NCBI GenBank assembly: GCA_965205265.1
Contig: CBDBGH010000003.1
Location: forward strand, 3,552,001 to 3,616,000
Source: Alphaproteobacteria bacterium
Lineage (GTDB): Bacteria; Pseudomonadota; Alphaproteobacteria; Bin95
DNA: 64,000 nt
Reading direction: 5' to 3'
In this document: in pieces, positions 44,519 to 54,673 of the stretch
Position numbering within the stretch: position 1 is the first letter of the stretch
Layout of the letters: each line of letters begins with the position of its first letter
Translations under genes and position numbers: made by a program
The notes under the pieces: generated by a model
Databases searched by the model: none
What the model saw: only the letters and a program-made list of their open reading frames with translations
What the model was told of the DNA's origin: nothing

Positions 44519-45253
44519 TCATATCATCGCCATGCCGCCGTTCACATGCAGCGTCTGGCCGGTGACATAGGCCGCCTCGTCGCTCGCCAGGAACACCGCC
44601 GCGGCGGCGACATCCTCGGGCAGGCCGAAACGCCCGGCCGGCACGCGGCCGAGCGCGTCGGCCCGTTGCTTCTGGTTCAGCTCCTGCGTCATGGCGGTGT
44701 CGATGAAGCCGGGCGCGATGCAATTGACTGTCACGCCCCGCCCCGCGACCTCGGCGGCGACGGCCTTGGTCATGCCGATCATGCCGGCCTTGGAGGCCGC
44801 GTAATTAGCCTGGCCCGGATTGCCGGTGACGCCAACCACGGAGGAGACCGCGATAATGCGCCCGCGCCGGCGGCGCATCATGCCGCGCAGCGCGGAACGG
44901 GCGAGCCGGAAGCCCGCCGTCAGGTTGATGTCGAGCACGGTCTGCCAGTCCTCGTCGCGCATGCGCAGGAAGAGGCCGTCGCGCGTGACGCCGGCATTGC
45001 TGATCAGGATGTCGAGAGGCCCGAGCGCCTCTTCCGCGCGCGCGACCAGGCCGTCGGCGGCTTCGCTGTCGGCAAGATTGCAGGGCAGCACGGCCGCGCC
45101 GTCGAACTCGCCCGCCAGCGCCTCCAGCGCCGCCTCGCGGGTGCCGGACAGTCCGACGCGGGCGCCTTGCGCCGCCAGCGCGCGCGCGATCGCGGCGCCG
45201 ATGCCGCCCGATGCGCCGGTAACCAGCGCGGTTCTGTCGGAGAGGTCGAACAT
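44519..45253 (-). CDS. fabG: 3-oxoacyl-ACP reductase
   Basis: 'TGASGGIG', 'NAGVTRD', 'YAASK', 'GQTLHVNGGM'. Confidence 0.96.
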   Translation of the reverse strand: MFDLSDRTALVTGASGGIGAAIARALAAQGARVGLSGTREAALEALAGEFDGAAVLPCNLADSEAADGLVARAEEALGPLDILISNAGVTRDGLFLRMRDEDWQTVLDINLTAGFRLARSALRGMMRRRRGRIIAVSSVVGVTGNPGQANYAASKAGMIGMTKAVAAEVAGRGVTVNCIAPGFIDTAMTQELNQKQRADALGRVPAGRFGLPEDVAAAAVFLASDEAAYVTGQTLHVNGGMAMI

Positions 45254-45271
45254 GGGGCTAAAGCCGCCTTT

Positions 45272-46090
45272 CTAGCTGTCGAGCGCGAGTTCTGACATCG
45301 GGTAGCCGGCGCTGCGGGGAATGCGCAGCACCCGCCCGCCCGGCGTGGCGGCGACGCGCGTCATCACCGTTTCCACGGGCTCGGCCTCCGCGCGCCTCAG
45401 CGCGTCGGCCACGGTGCCGGACCGCGCCAGCCGGGAGAGGATGGCGCGGGTCGGGAACATGATCGGCCGGTTCCCCTCGGCCGCGTCGCGAAGCGCTGTC
45501 TGCGGCCGGATCCAGAGCGAGTCCACGGATTCGGAGCCGTCATGGCTGCCGTCCTGGCCCGGCGGCAGGGCGGCCAGGTAGAAATGCACGTCGAAGCGCC
45601 GGGCCGAGTGCTCGGGCGTGATCCAGTGCGCGCAATGGCAGAGCGCCGCCGTATCGGCAACGAGGTCCTCGGCTTCGAGGAAGCTGTCGAAGAGCACGCT
45701 GCCGTCATGCACGCCGGCCCGCCAGCGCGCGACGATCCGCCCGGCGTCTTCCGGAGGCAGCATCGTCTCCGCGCGCCGCGCCAGCAGCACGCCCGTCTCC
45801 TCGAACGCCTCGCGCACGGCCGCGATGCGATGCGCCCTCGCCCTCTCGCCGAAGCGCCCGGTGGCGCGCGCAGCGAGCGCAGGGCAGGCGTCTTCCGGAT
45901 CGACCTTGCCGCCCGGAAAGACCAGCGCGCCGGAAGAGAAGTCGAGTTCCGGGCTGCGCAGCACCATGAAGACTTCGAGGCCGTCCGGCCCGTCGCGCAG
46001 GATGAGCACGCTGGCGGCGGGCTTCGGAATCGCCGGGGACCGTTCCATGCCGGCCCTTATAGCGGCGGCGGAGGGCGAGGGCACGGGCAT
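45272..46090 (-). CDS. NUDIX hydrolase (Nudt19-like)
   Basis: 'VFPGGKVD', 'AVREAFEETG', 'HWITP...RRFD'; start may be 46048. Confidence 0.88.
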   Translation of the reverse strand: MPVPSPSAAAIRAGMERSPAIPKPAASVLILRDGPDGLEVFMVLRSPELDFSSGALVFPGGKVDPEDACPALAARATGRFGERARAHRIAAVREAFEETGVLLARRAETMLPPEDAGRIVARWRAGVHDGSVLFDSFLEAEDLVADTAALCHCAHWITPEHSARRFDVHFYLAALPPGQDGSHDGSESVDSLWIRPQTALRDAAEGNRPIMFPTRAILSRLARSGTVADALRRAEAEPVETVMTRVAATPGGRVLRIPRSAGYPMSELALDS

Positions 46091-46113
46091 TCCGTCGCGC
46101 AGGGCATGCAGGG

Positions 46114-46170
46114 CTTGAAATCCGTATCGATCCGGTCCAGTTTCTAATCCGGAGTGAATGACTACGGATT
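46114..46170 (+). promoter_or_regulatory. suf promoter region with candidate Rrf2 operator sites
   Basis: CTTGAA followed by AATCCGTA (46119) ... TACGGATT (46170) inverted repeat directly before the Rrf2 gene. Confidence 0.45.
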
Positions 46171-46176
46171 GAGGCG

Positions 46177-46617
46177 ATGCTGAGACTGAGCCGGATGAAC
46201 GACTATGCCGTCGTCGTTCTGGGGCAATTGGCGTCCCGGCCGGAACGGCCGCGGTCGGCGAGCGAGGTCGCCGAGGCGACCGGCCTTGCCGCCTCCACCG
46301 TGTCCCAGGTGCTCAAGGCGCTGGCCCATGCCGGGCTGGTGGCCTCGGTCCGGGGCGCGCATGGCGGCTATACGGCCGACCGGCCGCCGGAAGACATTTC
46401 CGTCGCCGAGATCGTGCTGGCGGTGGACGGGCCGGTGGCGCTCACCGCCTGCGTGGACGGCGGCGACTGCGCCATAGAGGCGACCTGCCTGCTGCGCGGC
46501 TCCTGGGACCGGATCAACAATGCTGTCCGGGACGCGCTGGAAGAGGTGACGCTCGCCGACATGCTGGCCCCGATGCGGGATTTCTCGCGTTTCGAGCCCG
46601 AGGAGTTGCGCCCATGA
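46177..46617 (+). CDS. SUF system Rrf2/IscR-like Fe-S regulator
   Basis: '[15 protein letters not shown]', 'RGAHGGY', three Cys in '[16 protein letters not shown]'. Confidence 0.93.
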   Translation: MLRLSRMNDYAVVVLGQLASRPERPRSASEVAEATGLAASTVSQVLKALAHAGLVASVRGAHGGYTADRPPEDISVAEIVLAVDGPVALTACVDGGDCAIEATCLLRGSWDRINNAVRDALEEVTLADMLAPMRDFSRFEPEELRP

Positions 46618-48067
46618 GCCGCGTTGCCGCCGAAACCGTCGAGCAGGTCCGCTCGCTGGGCGACCGCTACAAATACGGCTTCGTCACCGATATCGAGTCC
46701 GAGCAGGCCCCCAAGGGGCTGAACGAGGACATCGTGCGCTTCATCTCCGCCATCAAGGACGAGCCCGAATGGCTGCTGGAATGGCGCCTCGAGGCCTTCC
46801 GCCACTGGCAGACCATGACCGAGCCGAACTGGGCGAAGCTCGGTATCCCGATGATCGACTACCAGGACGCCTACTACTATTCCGCGCCCAAGCAGAAGGA
46901 AGGGCCGAAATCGCTCGACGAGGTGGACCCCGAATTGCTGGCCACCTACGACAAGCTCGGCATCCCGCTCCGCGAGCAGGAAATGCTGGCGGGCGTCGCC
47001 GTGGACGCAGTGTTCGACAGCGTCTCGGTCGCCACCACCTTCAAGGCGAAGCTGGAGGAGCACGGCGTCATCTTCTGCCCGATCTCCGAGGCGGTGCAGA
47101 ACCACCCGGACCTGGTGCGGAAATATCTGGGTTCGGTGGTCCCCTACACCGACAATTTCTTCGCCACGCTCAACTCCGCCGTCTTCACCGACGGGTCTTT
47201 CGTGTTCGTGCCGAAGGGCGTGCGCTGCCCGATGGAGCTGTCCACCTATTTCCGCATCAACGCCGCCAATACCGGGCAGTTCGAGCGCACGCTCATCATC
47301 GCGGAGGACTCCTCCTATGTGAGCTATCTGGAGGGCTGCACGGCGCCGATGCGCGACGAACACCAGCTCCATGCCGCAGTCGTCGAGCTGGTGGCGCTGG
47401 ACGACGCCGAGATCAAGTATTCGACCGTTCAGAACTGGTATCCGGGCGACGAGAACGGCGTCGGCGGCATCTTCAACTTCGTCACCAAGCGGGGAGCCTG
47501 CATCGGCGCGCGCTCGAAGATTTCCTGGACGCAGGTCGAGACGGGCTCTGCGATCACCTGGAAGTATCCGAGCTGCATGCTGCACGGCGCGGACTCGGTC
47601 GGCGAGTTCTATTCCATCGCCATCACCAACAACTGCCAGCAGGCGGACACCGGCACCAAGATGGTGCATATGGGCCCGCGTTCGCGCTCGCGCGTGATCT
47701 CCAAGGGCATCTCAGCGGGCCGCGCGAGCAACGCCTATCGCGGCCTCGTCAAGATGCTGCCGGGCGCAGCCAGCGCCCGAAACTACACGCAATGCGACTC
47801 GCTTCTGATCGGCTCGCAATGCGGCGCGCACACCTTCCCCTACATCGAGAGCCAGAACCGCTCGGCCCGCGTCGAGCACGAGGCCACGACCTCGAAGATC
47901 GACGACGACCAGCTTTTCTACTGCCGCCAGCGCGGCATCGGCGAGGAGGAAGCGGTGGCGCTGATCGTCAACGGGTTCTGCCGCGAAGTGCTGCAGCAAT
48001 TGCCGATGGAGTTCGCGGTCGAGGCCCAGAAGCTCGTCGGTATCTCTCTCGAAGGATCGGTCGGCTG

Positions 48068-48068
<1 letters not shown>
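46614..48068 (+). CDS. sufB: Fe-S cluster assembly protein SufB
   Basis: 'YKYGFVT', '[12 protein letters not shown]', 'SYLEGCTAP', 'LEGSVG'. Confidence 0.97.
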
Positions 48069-48813
<745 letters not shown>

Positions 48814-48817
<4 letters not shown>

Positions 48818-50019
48818 CGCTCGGCGTCGACAGCTACCGGGAGGCGTTCGAGAGCATCCGCGCCTCGCTGCCGGGCGAACGCGGCGCCGCCTTCAACGCC
48901 TTCGCCGCGAAGGGCTTCCCGACCAACCGGGTCGAGGCGTGGAAATATACGAGCCTGCGCCCGCTCGCGCGTCAGCGCTTCCGGCCGGCGGAGCCCGACT
49001 TGGAGGCCGCGGTGCCCCTCCTCGGCGACGGGCCGCGTATCGTGCTGGTGAACGGCTTCCTCCGCGAGGACCTCACGACCGTCCCCGTCGGCCGCTGGGC
49101 CGGGCCGAACGGCCGGGCGGACGCGGATGGAGAGCCGCTGGTCGCGCTCAACGCCGCCATGGCGGGCGACGGCTATGTGCTTGAGATCGCCGACACGCAG
49201 GAAGAGCCTATCGAGATCGTCCATGCGACCGTTCCGGGCCAGACCGGTCCGGTAGCCCAGTCGCGCAACCGCATTACGGTCGAGGCCGGGGGCGCGGCCC
49301 ATGTCATCGAGCGGCATATCGCACTCGGCAACGGCGCCTATTTCGTCAACGGCGTGACCGGGATCGAAGTGGCGGCCGGCGGCAGGCTCCGCCATACCAA
49401 GCTCCAGGAGGAAGGGGCGGACGCGCACCATCTCTGGTTCATGCCCGCCCGGCTCGGCCGGAAGGCGGCGCTGGAGAGCACGGTCTTTACCTTCGGCGCG
49501 CGGCTTTCGCGCAACCAGATCGAGGCGGACATCCTGGGCGAAGGCGCGGAACTGTCGCTCAAGGGGGCCTATGCCGTCGCCGGCCGGCAGCTTGCCGACC
49601 ATACGAGCCGCATCGAGCACCGCGCGGCGGGTGCGACCAGCCGGCAGGTGTACAAGGGCGCCATCGGCGGGCAGGCGCGCGGCGTCTTCCAGGGCCATAT
49701 CGTCGTCGCCGAGGGCGCGCAGAAGACCGACGGCCACCAGCTCAACCGCGCGCTGCTGCTCTCCGGCCGGGCCGAGATCGACGCCAAGCCCGTGCTCGAA
49801 ATCTATGCCGACGACGTGCAGTGCAGCCACGGCGCAACCGCCGGCGACATAGACGGCGACGCCCTGTTCTACCTGCGCTCGCGCGGCATCCCGGCCGACG
49901 CCGCCCGCGGGCTGCTGGTGCGGGCGTTCCTTTCCGAGATTCTGGACGAAACGCCCGGCGACGCGCTGCGCAGGGCGGTCGAAGAACGAATAGACGCTTT
50001 TCTGGAGGCCGGCGCATGA
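48814..50019 (+). CDS. sufD: Fe-S assembly protein SufD
   Basis: 'EAWKYT', 'AQKTDG.Q', 'KPVLEIYADDVQCSHGAT', 'FYLRSRGI'. Confidence 0.96.
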
Positions 50020-51269
50020 GCCCGGACAGCACCCCGTCCCTCAGGCCGAATTACGATGTAATGGCGATCCGCGAGGATTTCCCGATCCTCGCGCGCGAGG
50101 TGTTCGGCAAGCCGCTGGTCTATCTGGACACGGGTGCCAGCGCCCAGAAGCCCCGCCAGGTCATCCGCGCGATGACGCAAGTGATGGAGGAGACCTACTC
50201 CAATGTCCACCGGGGCGTGCATTTCCTCTCCCAGGCCTGCACGGACCAGTTCGAGGCGGCGAGGGAGACGGTGGCGCGCTTCATCAATGCGCGCGAGGCC
50301 GACGAGATCGTCTGGACGCGGGGCGCGACGGAGGCCCTCAACCTCGTCGCCTCCGCCTGGGGCCGGGCGAATCTCGGGCCCGGCGACCGGATCGTAATCT
50401 CGACGCTGGAGCACCATTCCAACATCGTGCCGTGGCAATTGCTGCGCGACGGGACGGGGGCGGAGCTTGCCGTCATTCCTGTGGACGATGCGGGCGAGGT
50501 CGATCTCGACGCCTATGCCGTCCTGCTGGACGGGCGGGTGAAGCTCGTCTCGGTCACCCATGTCTCCAACGCCATCGGCACCGTGCTGCCGATCGGGCAG
50601 ATGGCGCGGATGGCGCATGAGGCGGGCGCGCTGTTCATGGTGGACGGCTGCCAGGCCGCGCCGCATATGGCCGTCGATGTGCAGGAGCTCGACGTCGATT
50701 TCTACTGCTTCTCCGGGCACAAGACCTACGGGCCGACGGGCATCGGCGCGCTCTGGGGCCGGAAGGCGCTGCTCGACGCCATGCCCCCCTACCAGGGCGG
50801 CGGCGAGATGATCGCGCATGTCACCTTCGAGAAGAGCACCTTCAAGGACGCCCCGCACAAATTCGAGGCCGGCACGCCCGCCATCGTCGAGGCGGTGGGG
50901 CTGGGCGCGGCGCTCGACTATATCGAGGCCGTCGGGCGCGACGCGATCCTGGCGCACGAAACGGATGTCGCCGAATATGCCCGCGAGCGCCTCGCCGCCG
51001 TGCCGGGGGTGCGCATCGTCGGCCATGCGCGCGAGCGGGGCGCCATCGTCTCCTTCACCATGGAGCAGGCGCATCCCCACGATATCGGCACCATCATCGA
51101 CCGGGCGGGCGTGGCGGTGCGCGCCGGCCATCACTGCGCCTTTCCGGTCATGGAGCGCTTCGATGTCGGGGCTACGGCCAGGGCCTCTTTCGGGCTCTAC
51201 AACATGAAGAGCGAGGTGGACCGGCTGGTCGAGGCGCTGGACGAGGTCGCGGAGATTTTCGGGCGATGA
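50016..51269 (+). CDS. sufS: Cysteine desulfurase SufS
   Basis: 'VYLDTGASAQKP', 'EHHSNIVPW', 'SGHK', 'RAGHHCA'. Confidence 0.96.
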   Translation: MSPDSTPSLRPNYDVMAIREDFPILAREVFGKPLVYLDTGASAQKPRQVIRAMTQVMEETYSNVHRGVHFLSQACTDQFEAARETVARFINAREADEIVWTRGATEALNLVASAWGRANLGPGDRIVISTLEHHSNIVPWQLLRDGTGAELAVIPVDDAGEVDLDAYAVLLDGRVKLVSVTHVSNAIGTVLPIGQMARMAHEAGALFMVDGCQAAPHMAVDVQELDVDFYCFSGHKTYGPTGIGALWGRKALLDAMPPYQGGGEMIAHVTFEKSTFKDAPHKFEAGTPAIVEAVGLGAALDYIEAVGRDAILAHETDVAEYARERLAAVPGVRIVGHARERGAIVSFTMEQAHPHDIGTIIDRAGVAVRAGHHCAFPVMERFDVGATARASFGLYNMKSEVDRLVEALDEVAEIFGR

Positions 51270-51733
51270 ACGAGCTGCGCGAACTTTACCAGGAGGTGAT
51301 CCTCGACCATGGCCGCAATCCGCGCAATTTCCGCCGCATCGAGGACGCCGACGGCGAGGCGAAGGGCGACAACCCGCTCTGCGGCGACCGGGTGCATGTC
51401 TATGTCAAGCTGGACGGGGCGGGCGGGCTCGGCGACGTGGCCTTCCAGGGCCGCGGCTGCGCGATTTCGACCGCTTCGGCCTCGATGATGACCGAGTTGC
51501 TGAAGGGGCGGAGCGAGGCGGAGGCGCGGCGGCTGTTCGACGTGTTCCACGCTGTCTGCACGGACGAGGCGTTCGACCCGCTGGACGTGCCGGCGGAGTT
51601 CGAGGACGAGGCGGACCGGCTCCAGGTCATGGCGGGTGTGCGCCAGTTCCCGATGCGGGTAAAATGCGCGACCTTGCCGTGGCATACTTTCGCGGCCGCG
51701 CTCGACGGCAAACAGACGGCGACAACGGAATAG
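51266..51733 (+). CDS. sufU: SufU/NifU-like sulfur acceptor
   Basis: 'LYQEVILDH...PRN', 'NPLCGD', 'GCAISTASAS', 'RVKCATLPWH'. Confidence 0.94.
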   Translation: MNELRELYQEVILDHGRNPRNFRRIEDADGEAKGDNPLCGDRVHVYVKLDGAGGLGDVAFQGRGCAISTASASMMTELLKGRSEAEARRLFDVFHAVCTDEAFDPLDVPAEFEDEADRLQVMAGVRQFPMRVKCATLPWHTFAAALDGKQTATTE

Positions 51734-51750
51734 GCGGGGACGGAAGGACG

Positions 51751-52149
51751 ATGGAAGGGACCTTGCCTTTCGAGCAGTGGATGGGCGGCGAGCCGCTGCA
51801 GGAGTTCCGCGCCGAGGCGGGAGTGCCGCTGGAGCCGGGCTCGCCGATTGCGCCGCGCGACAACCTGATCGCGGCGCTCAAGACCGTGTACGACCCCGAG
51901 ATTCCGGTGGACATTTACGAACTCGGCCTCATTTACGATCTCGAGCAGGCGGAGGACGGGTCGGTGCGCGTCGAGATGAGCCTGACCGCGCCCGGCTGCC
52001 CGGTCGCCGGCGAGATGCCGGGCATGGTGGCGGACGCCGTGGCCGCCGTGCAGGGCGTCGGCGAGGTCGAGGTCCGGCTGGTGTGGGAGCCGGCATGGAC
52101 GATGGAACGGATGAGCGAGGAGGCCCGCCTCGCGCTCGACATGTGGTGA
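51751..52149 (+). CDS. sufT: SufT/DUF59 Fe-S assembly protein
   Basis: 'VYDPEIPVDIYELGLIY', 'LTAPGCPVAG', 'MSEEARL'. Confidence 0.92.
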   Translation: MEGTLPFEQWMGGEPLQEFRAEAGVPLEPGSPIAPRDNLIAALKTVYDPEIPVDIYELGLIYDLEQAEDGSVRVEMSLTAPGCPVAGEMPGMVADAVAAVQGVGEVEVRLVWEPAWTMERMSEEARLALDMW

Positions 52150-52165
52150 GGAAAGGGAGGCGGAC

Positions 52166-52501
52166 ATGCCAGAACCTATGATCCGGATGACGGACGCCGC
52201 CGCCGAGCGGGTGCGCCACCTCATGTCGCTCTCGGAGGAGCCGGCCATCGGCCTGCGCGTCGGCGTGCGCTCGCGCGGCTGCTCGGGCCTCTCCTACTCC
52301 GTCGAATACGCCAAGGAGCGCAAGCCCTACGAGGAAGCCATCGAGTCGAACGGCGTGACCGTGCTGATCGACCCGACCGCGGTCATGTTCCTGATCGGCT
52401 CGGTGATGGACTACCGCGAGGGCATCTTCGAATCCGGCTTCACCTTCGAAAACCCCAACGCCAAAGGCACCTGCGGCTGCGGCGAAAGCTTCCACGTGTA
52501 G
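52166..52501 (+). CDS. sufA: A-type Fe-S carrier (SufA/IscA)
   Basis: 'GCSGLSY', 'NPNAKGTCGCGESF'. Confidence 0.94.
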   Translation: MPEPMIRMTDAAAERVRHLMSLSEEPAIGLRVGVRSRGCSGLSYSVEYAKERKPYEEAIESNGVTVLIDPTAVMFLIGSVMDYREGIFESGFTFENPNAKGTCGCGESFHV

Positions 52502-52527
52502 GAGGCGCCGACAGCCTGCCGCCGGGG

Positions 52528-52556
52528 CTTGAACCGGGCGGCTGCAGCCCCGATAT
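52528..52556 (+). promoter_or_regulatory. RpoH (sigma32)-type promoter of yccA
   Basis: CTTGAA-N14-CCCCGATAT upstream of the Bax-inhibitor gene. Confidence 0.6.
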
Positions 52557-52593
52557 TGGCGGCCGGTACCGACAACGCTAACGGAGACCGCAA

Positions 52594-53355
52594 ATGGCCT
52601 TCGACAATCTGAGGACGACGGCGCGCGCCGCCGGCCGCAGCACGACCCGCACGGCGGAGCTCGATGCCGGCCTGCGCAGGCATATGCTCGGCATCTACAA
52701 CTACATGGCCTCGGGCGTGCTGCTCACGGGCATCGTCGCCTATCTGGTGTTCACCATGGCGGTGGCCCAGACGCCAAGCGGCCAGATGGCGCTGACGACC
52801 TTCGGGCAGGCGATCTACCTCTCGCCGCTCAAATGGGTGCTGATGCTCTCGCCGCTCGCCTTCATCCTAGTGCTGAGCTTCGGCGTCCACCGCCTGAGCA
52901 CGCCCGCAACGCAGGGCCTGTTCTGGGTGTTCTGCGCGCTCATGGGCGCCAGCATCAGCTCGATCTTCCTGCAATATACGGGCACCAGCATCGCGCGCGT
53001 GTTCTTCATTACCGCGGCCGCCTTCGCCGGGCTCAGCCTCTACGGCTACACCACGAAGCGCGACCTTTCGGGCATGCGCTCCTTCCTGGTGATGGGGCTG
53101 ATCGGCGTCATCATCGCCTCGCTGGTCAACCTCTTCCTCGCCTCGAGCGCGCTGCATTTCGCCGTGTCGGTGATCGGCGTGCTGGTGTTCGCCGGCTTCA
53201 CCGCCTACGACACGCAGCGCATCAAGAGCGAGTACTATCACGGCTACGACGCCGCCGTGATGGCCAAGAAGTCGGTGATGGACGCGCTGATGCTCTATCT
53301 GAGCTTCATCAACATGTTCCTGCTGCTGCTGAGCCTGTTCGGCAACAGGGAATAG
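52594..53355 (+). CDS. yccA: Bax inhibitor-1/YccA family membrane protein
   Basis: 'DAGLRRHML.IYNYM', 'YGYTTKRDL', 'TAYDTQRIK', 'LYLSFINMF'. Confidence 0.93.
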   Translation: MAFDNLRTTARAAGRSTTRTAELDAGLRRHMLGIYNYMASGVLLTGIVAYLVFTMAVAQTPSGQMALTTFGQAIYLSPLKWVLMLSPLAFILVLSFGVHRLSTPATQGLFWVFCALMGASISSIFLQYTGTSIARVFFITAAAFAGLSLYGYTTKRDLSGMRSFLVMGLIGVIIASLVNLFLASSALHFAVSVIGVLVFAGFTAYDTQRIKSEYYHGYDAAVMAKKSVMDALMLYLSFINMFLLLLSLFGNRE

Positions 53356-53356
53356 C

Positions 53357-53665
53357 TCAGAGGCCGATCGTCACCGTTCCCCCGTCGTCGATAACCGGGC
53401 GCTTCACCAGGGCCGGATGCGCGAGCATCAGGCCCCGCGCCCGGCCGGCGTCGAGTTCCGCCTTCTCGGCCTCGTCGAGCGCCCGCCAGGTCGTGCTGCG
53501 CCGGTTGAGCAGCGCCTCCCAGCCGAGCGCGCCGATCCAGCGGTCCAGCATCGCGGCGTCCAGCCCGTCCTCGCGCAGGTCGTGGAACCGGTGTTCACGA
53601 TCCCCCAGCGCCTTCCGCGCCTTGCGGCAGGCATCGCAGCTCTTCAGGCCATAGACGGTCAGCAT
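53357..53665 (-). CDS. ArsC/Spx (YffB-like) protein
   Basis: 'YGLKSCDACRKA', 'LLNRRSTTWR', 'KRPV'. Confidence 0.92.
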   Translation of the reverse strand: MLTVYGLKSCDACRKARKALGDREHRFHDLREDGLDAAMLDRWIGALGWEALLNRRSTTWRALDEAEKAELDAGRARGLMLAHPALVKRPVIDDGGTVTIGL

Positions 53666-53767
53666 GGGCGCGCATTCCTCGGTCTTGCGGGTCCGCTATA
53701 GTCGCATGGCCGCGTTCCGGAGGGGAAGCGCCGCCGGCCATATATGACGCTTCCGGGGAGACCGTTC

Positions 53768-54649
53768 ATGCAGGGTCCTGAGAGCCATTCCTATTTCTCG
53801 CAGCGGCTCAGGCTGCACTATGTCGATTGGGGCAACCCGGGCGCGCCGCCGCTGCTGCTGATCCACGGGGGCCGCGACCATTGCCGCAATTGGGACTGGG
53901 TGGCCGAGGCGCTCCGCGACGACTACCGCATCGTCGCGCCGGACCTGCGCGGCCATGGCGACAGCGCCTGGTTCGTCGGAGGCGCCTATGCGATGGCGGA
54001 CTATGTCTATGACATCGCGCAGCTCGTCCACCAGAAGCGGCTCGCCCCGGTGACCGTCATCGGCCACTCGCTCGGCGGCTCCATCGCGCTCCACTATGCG
54101 GGCGTCTATCCGGAGACGGTGAAGGCGCTGGTCGCCATCGAGGGGCTCGGCCCCTCGCCCGCGCAGATCGAGGCGCGCAAGGACCGGGCCATCGACGACC
54201 GGCTCAGGGAATGGATCGACACGCAGCGCGGCCTCTCCGGCCGGCTGCCGCGCCGCTACCCGACTCTGGAGGACGCCTACCGGCGCATGCAGGAGGCCAA
54301 CCCCCGCCTGACCGAGGCCCAGGCCCGGCATCTCACCGTCCACGGCGCCAACCAGAACGAGGACGGCACCTATAGCTGGAAGTTCGACAATTACAGCCGC
54401 GCGGACCGCCCGGTCGGCATCTATCCGGAGGAGAGCTTCCGGCTCTGGTCCCGGATAAGCTGTCCGACCCTGCTGGTGCGCGGCCTCGAAAGCTGGGTCG
54501 GCGACCCGGAGGAGGACGGCCGCGCCGCGCATTTCGGCAATGCCCGCTTCGTCGATGTCGCCGGCGCCGGCCACTGGGTGCATCACGACCGGCTGGACCA
54601 TTTCCTCGGCCTCGTGCGCGGCTTCCTCGCCGAAGCGGAGGCGCGTTAG
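53768..54649 (+). CDS. Alpha/beta hydrolase
   Basis: 'IHGGRDHCRNWD', 'DLRGHGDS', 'GHSLGG', 'GHWVHHD'; start could be 53744. Confidence 0.92.
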   Translation: MQGPESHSYFSQRLRLHYVDWGNPGAPPLLLIHGGRDHCRNWDWVAEALRDDYRIVAPDLRGHGDSAWFVGGAYAMADYVYDIAQLVHQKRLAPVTVIGHSLGGSIALHYAGVYPETVKALVAIEGLGPSPAQIEARKDRAIDDRLREWIDTQRGLSGRLPRRYPTLEDAYRRMQEANPRLTEAQARHLTVHGANQNEDGTYSWKFDNYSRADRPVGIYPEESFRLWSRISCPTLLVRGLESWVGDPEEDGRAAHFGNARFVDVAGAGHWVHHDRLDHFLGLVRGFLAEAEAR

Positions 54650-54673
54650 GGAATCGTGCTATAGCCTGACGGT

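Noticed and set aside
46769-48067. Apparent long N-terminal extension on SufC (also on gmk, DUF4340, amidase and cca in the ORF track)
   Set aside because: Open frames overlapping upstream genes or repeats; true starts are at coupled ATGs with family N-termini.
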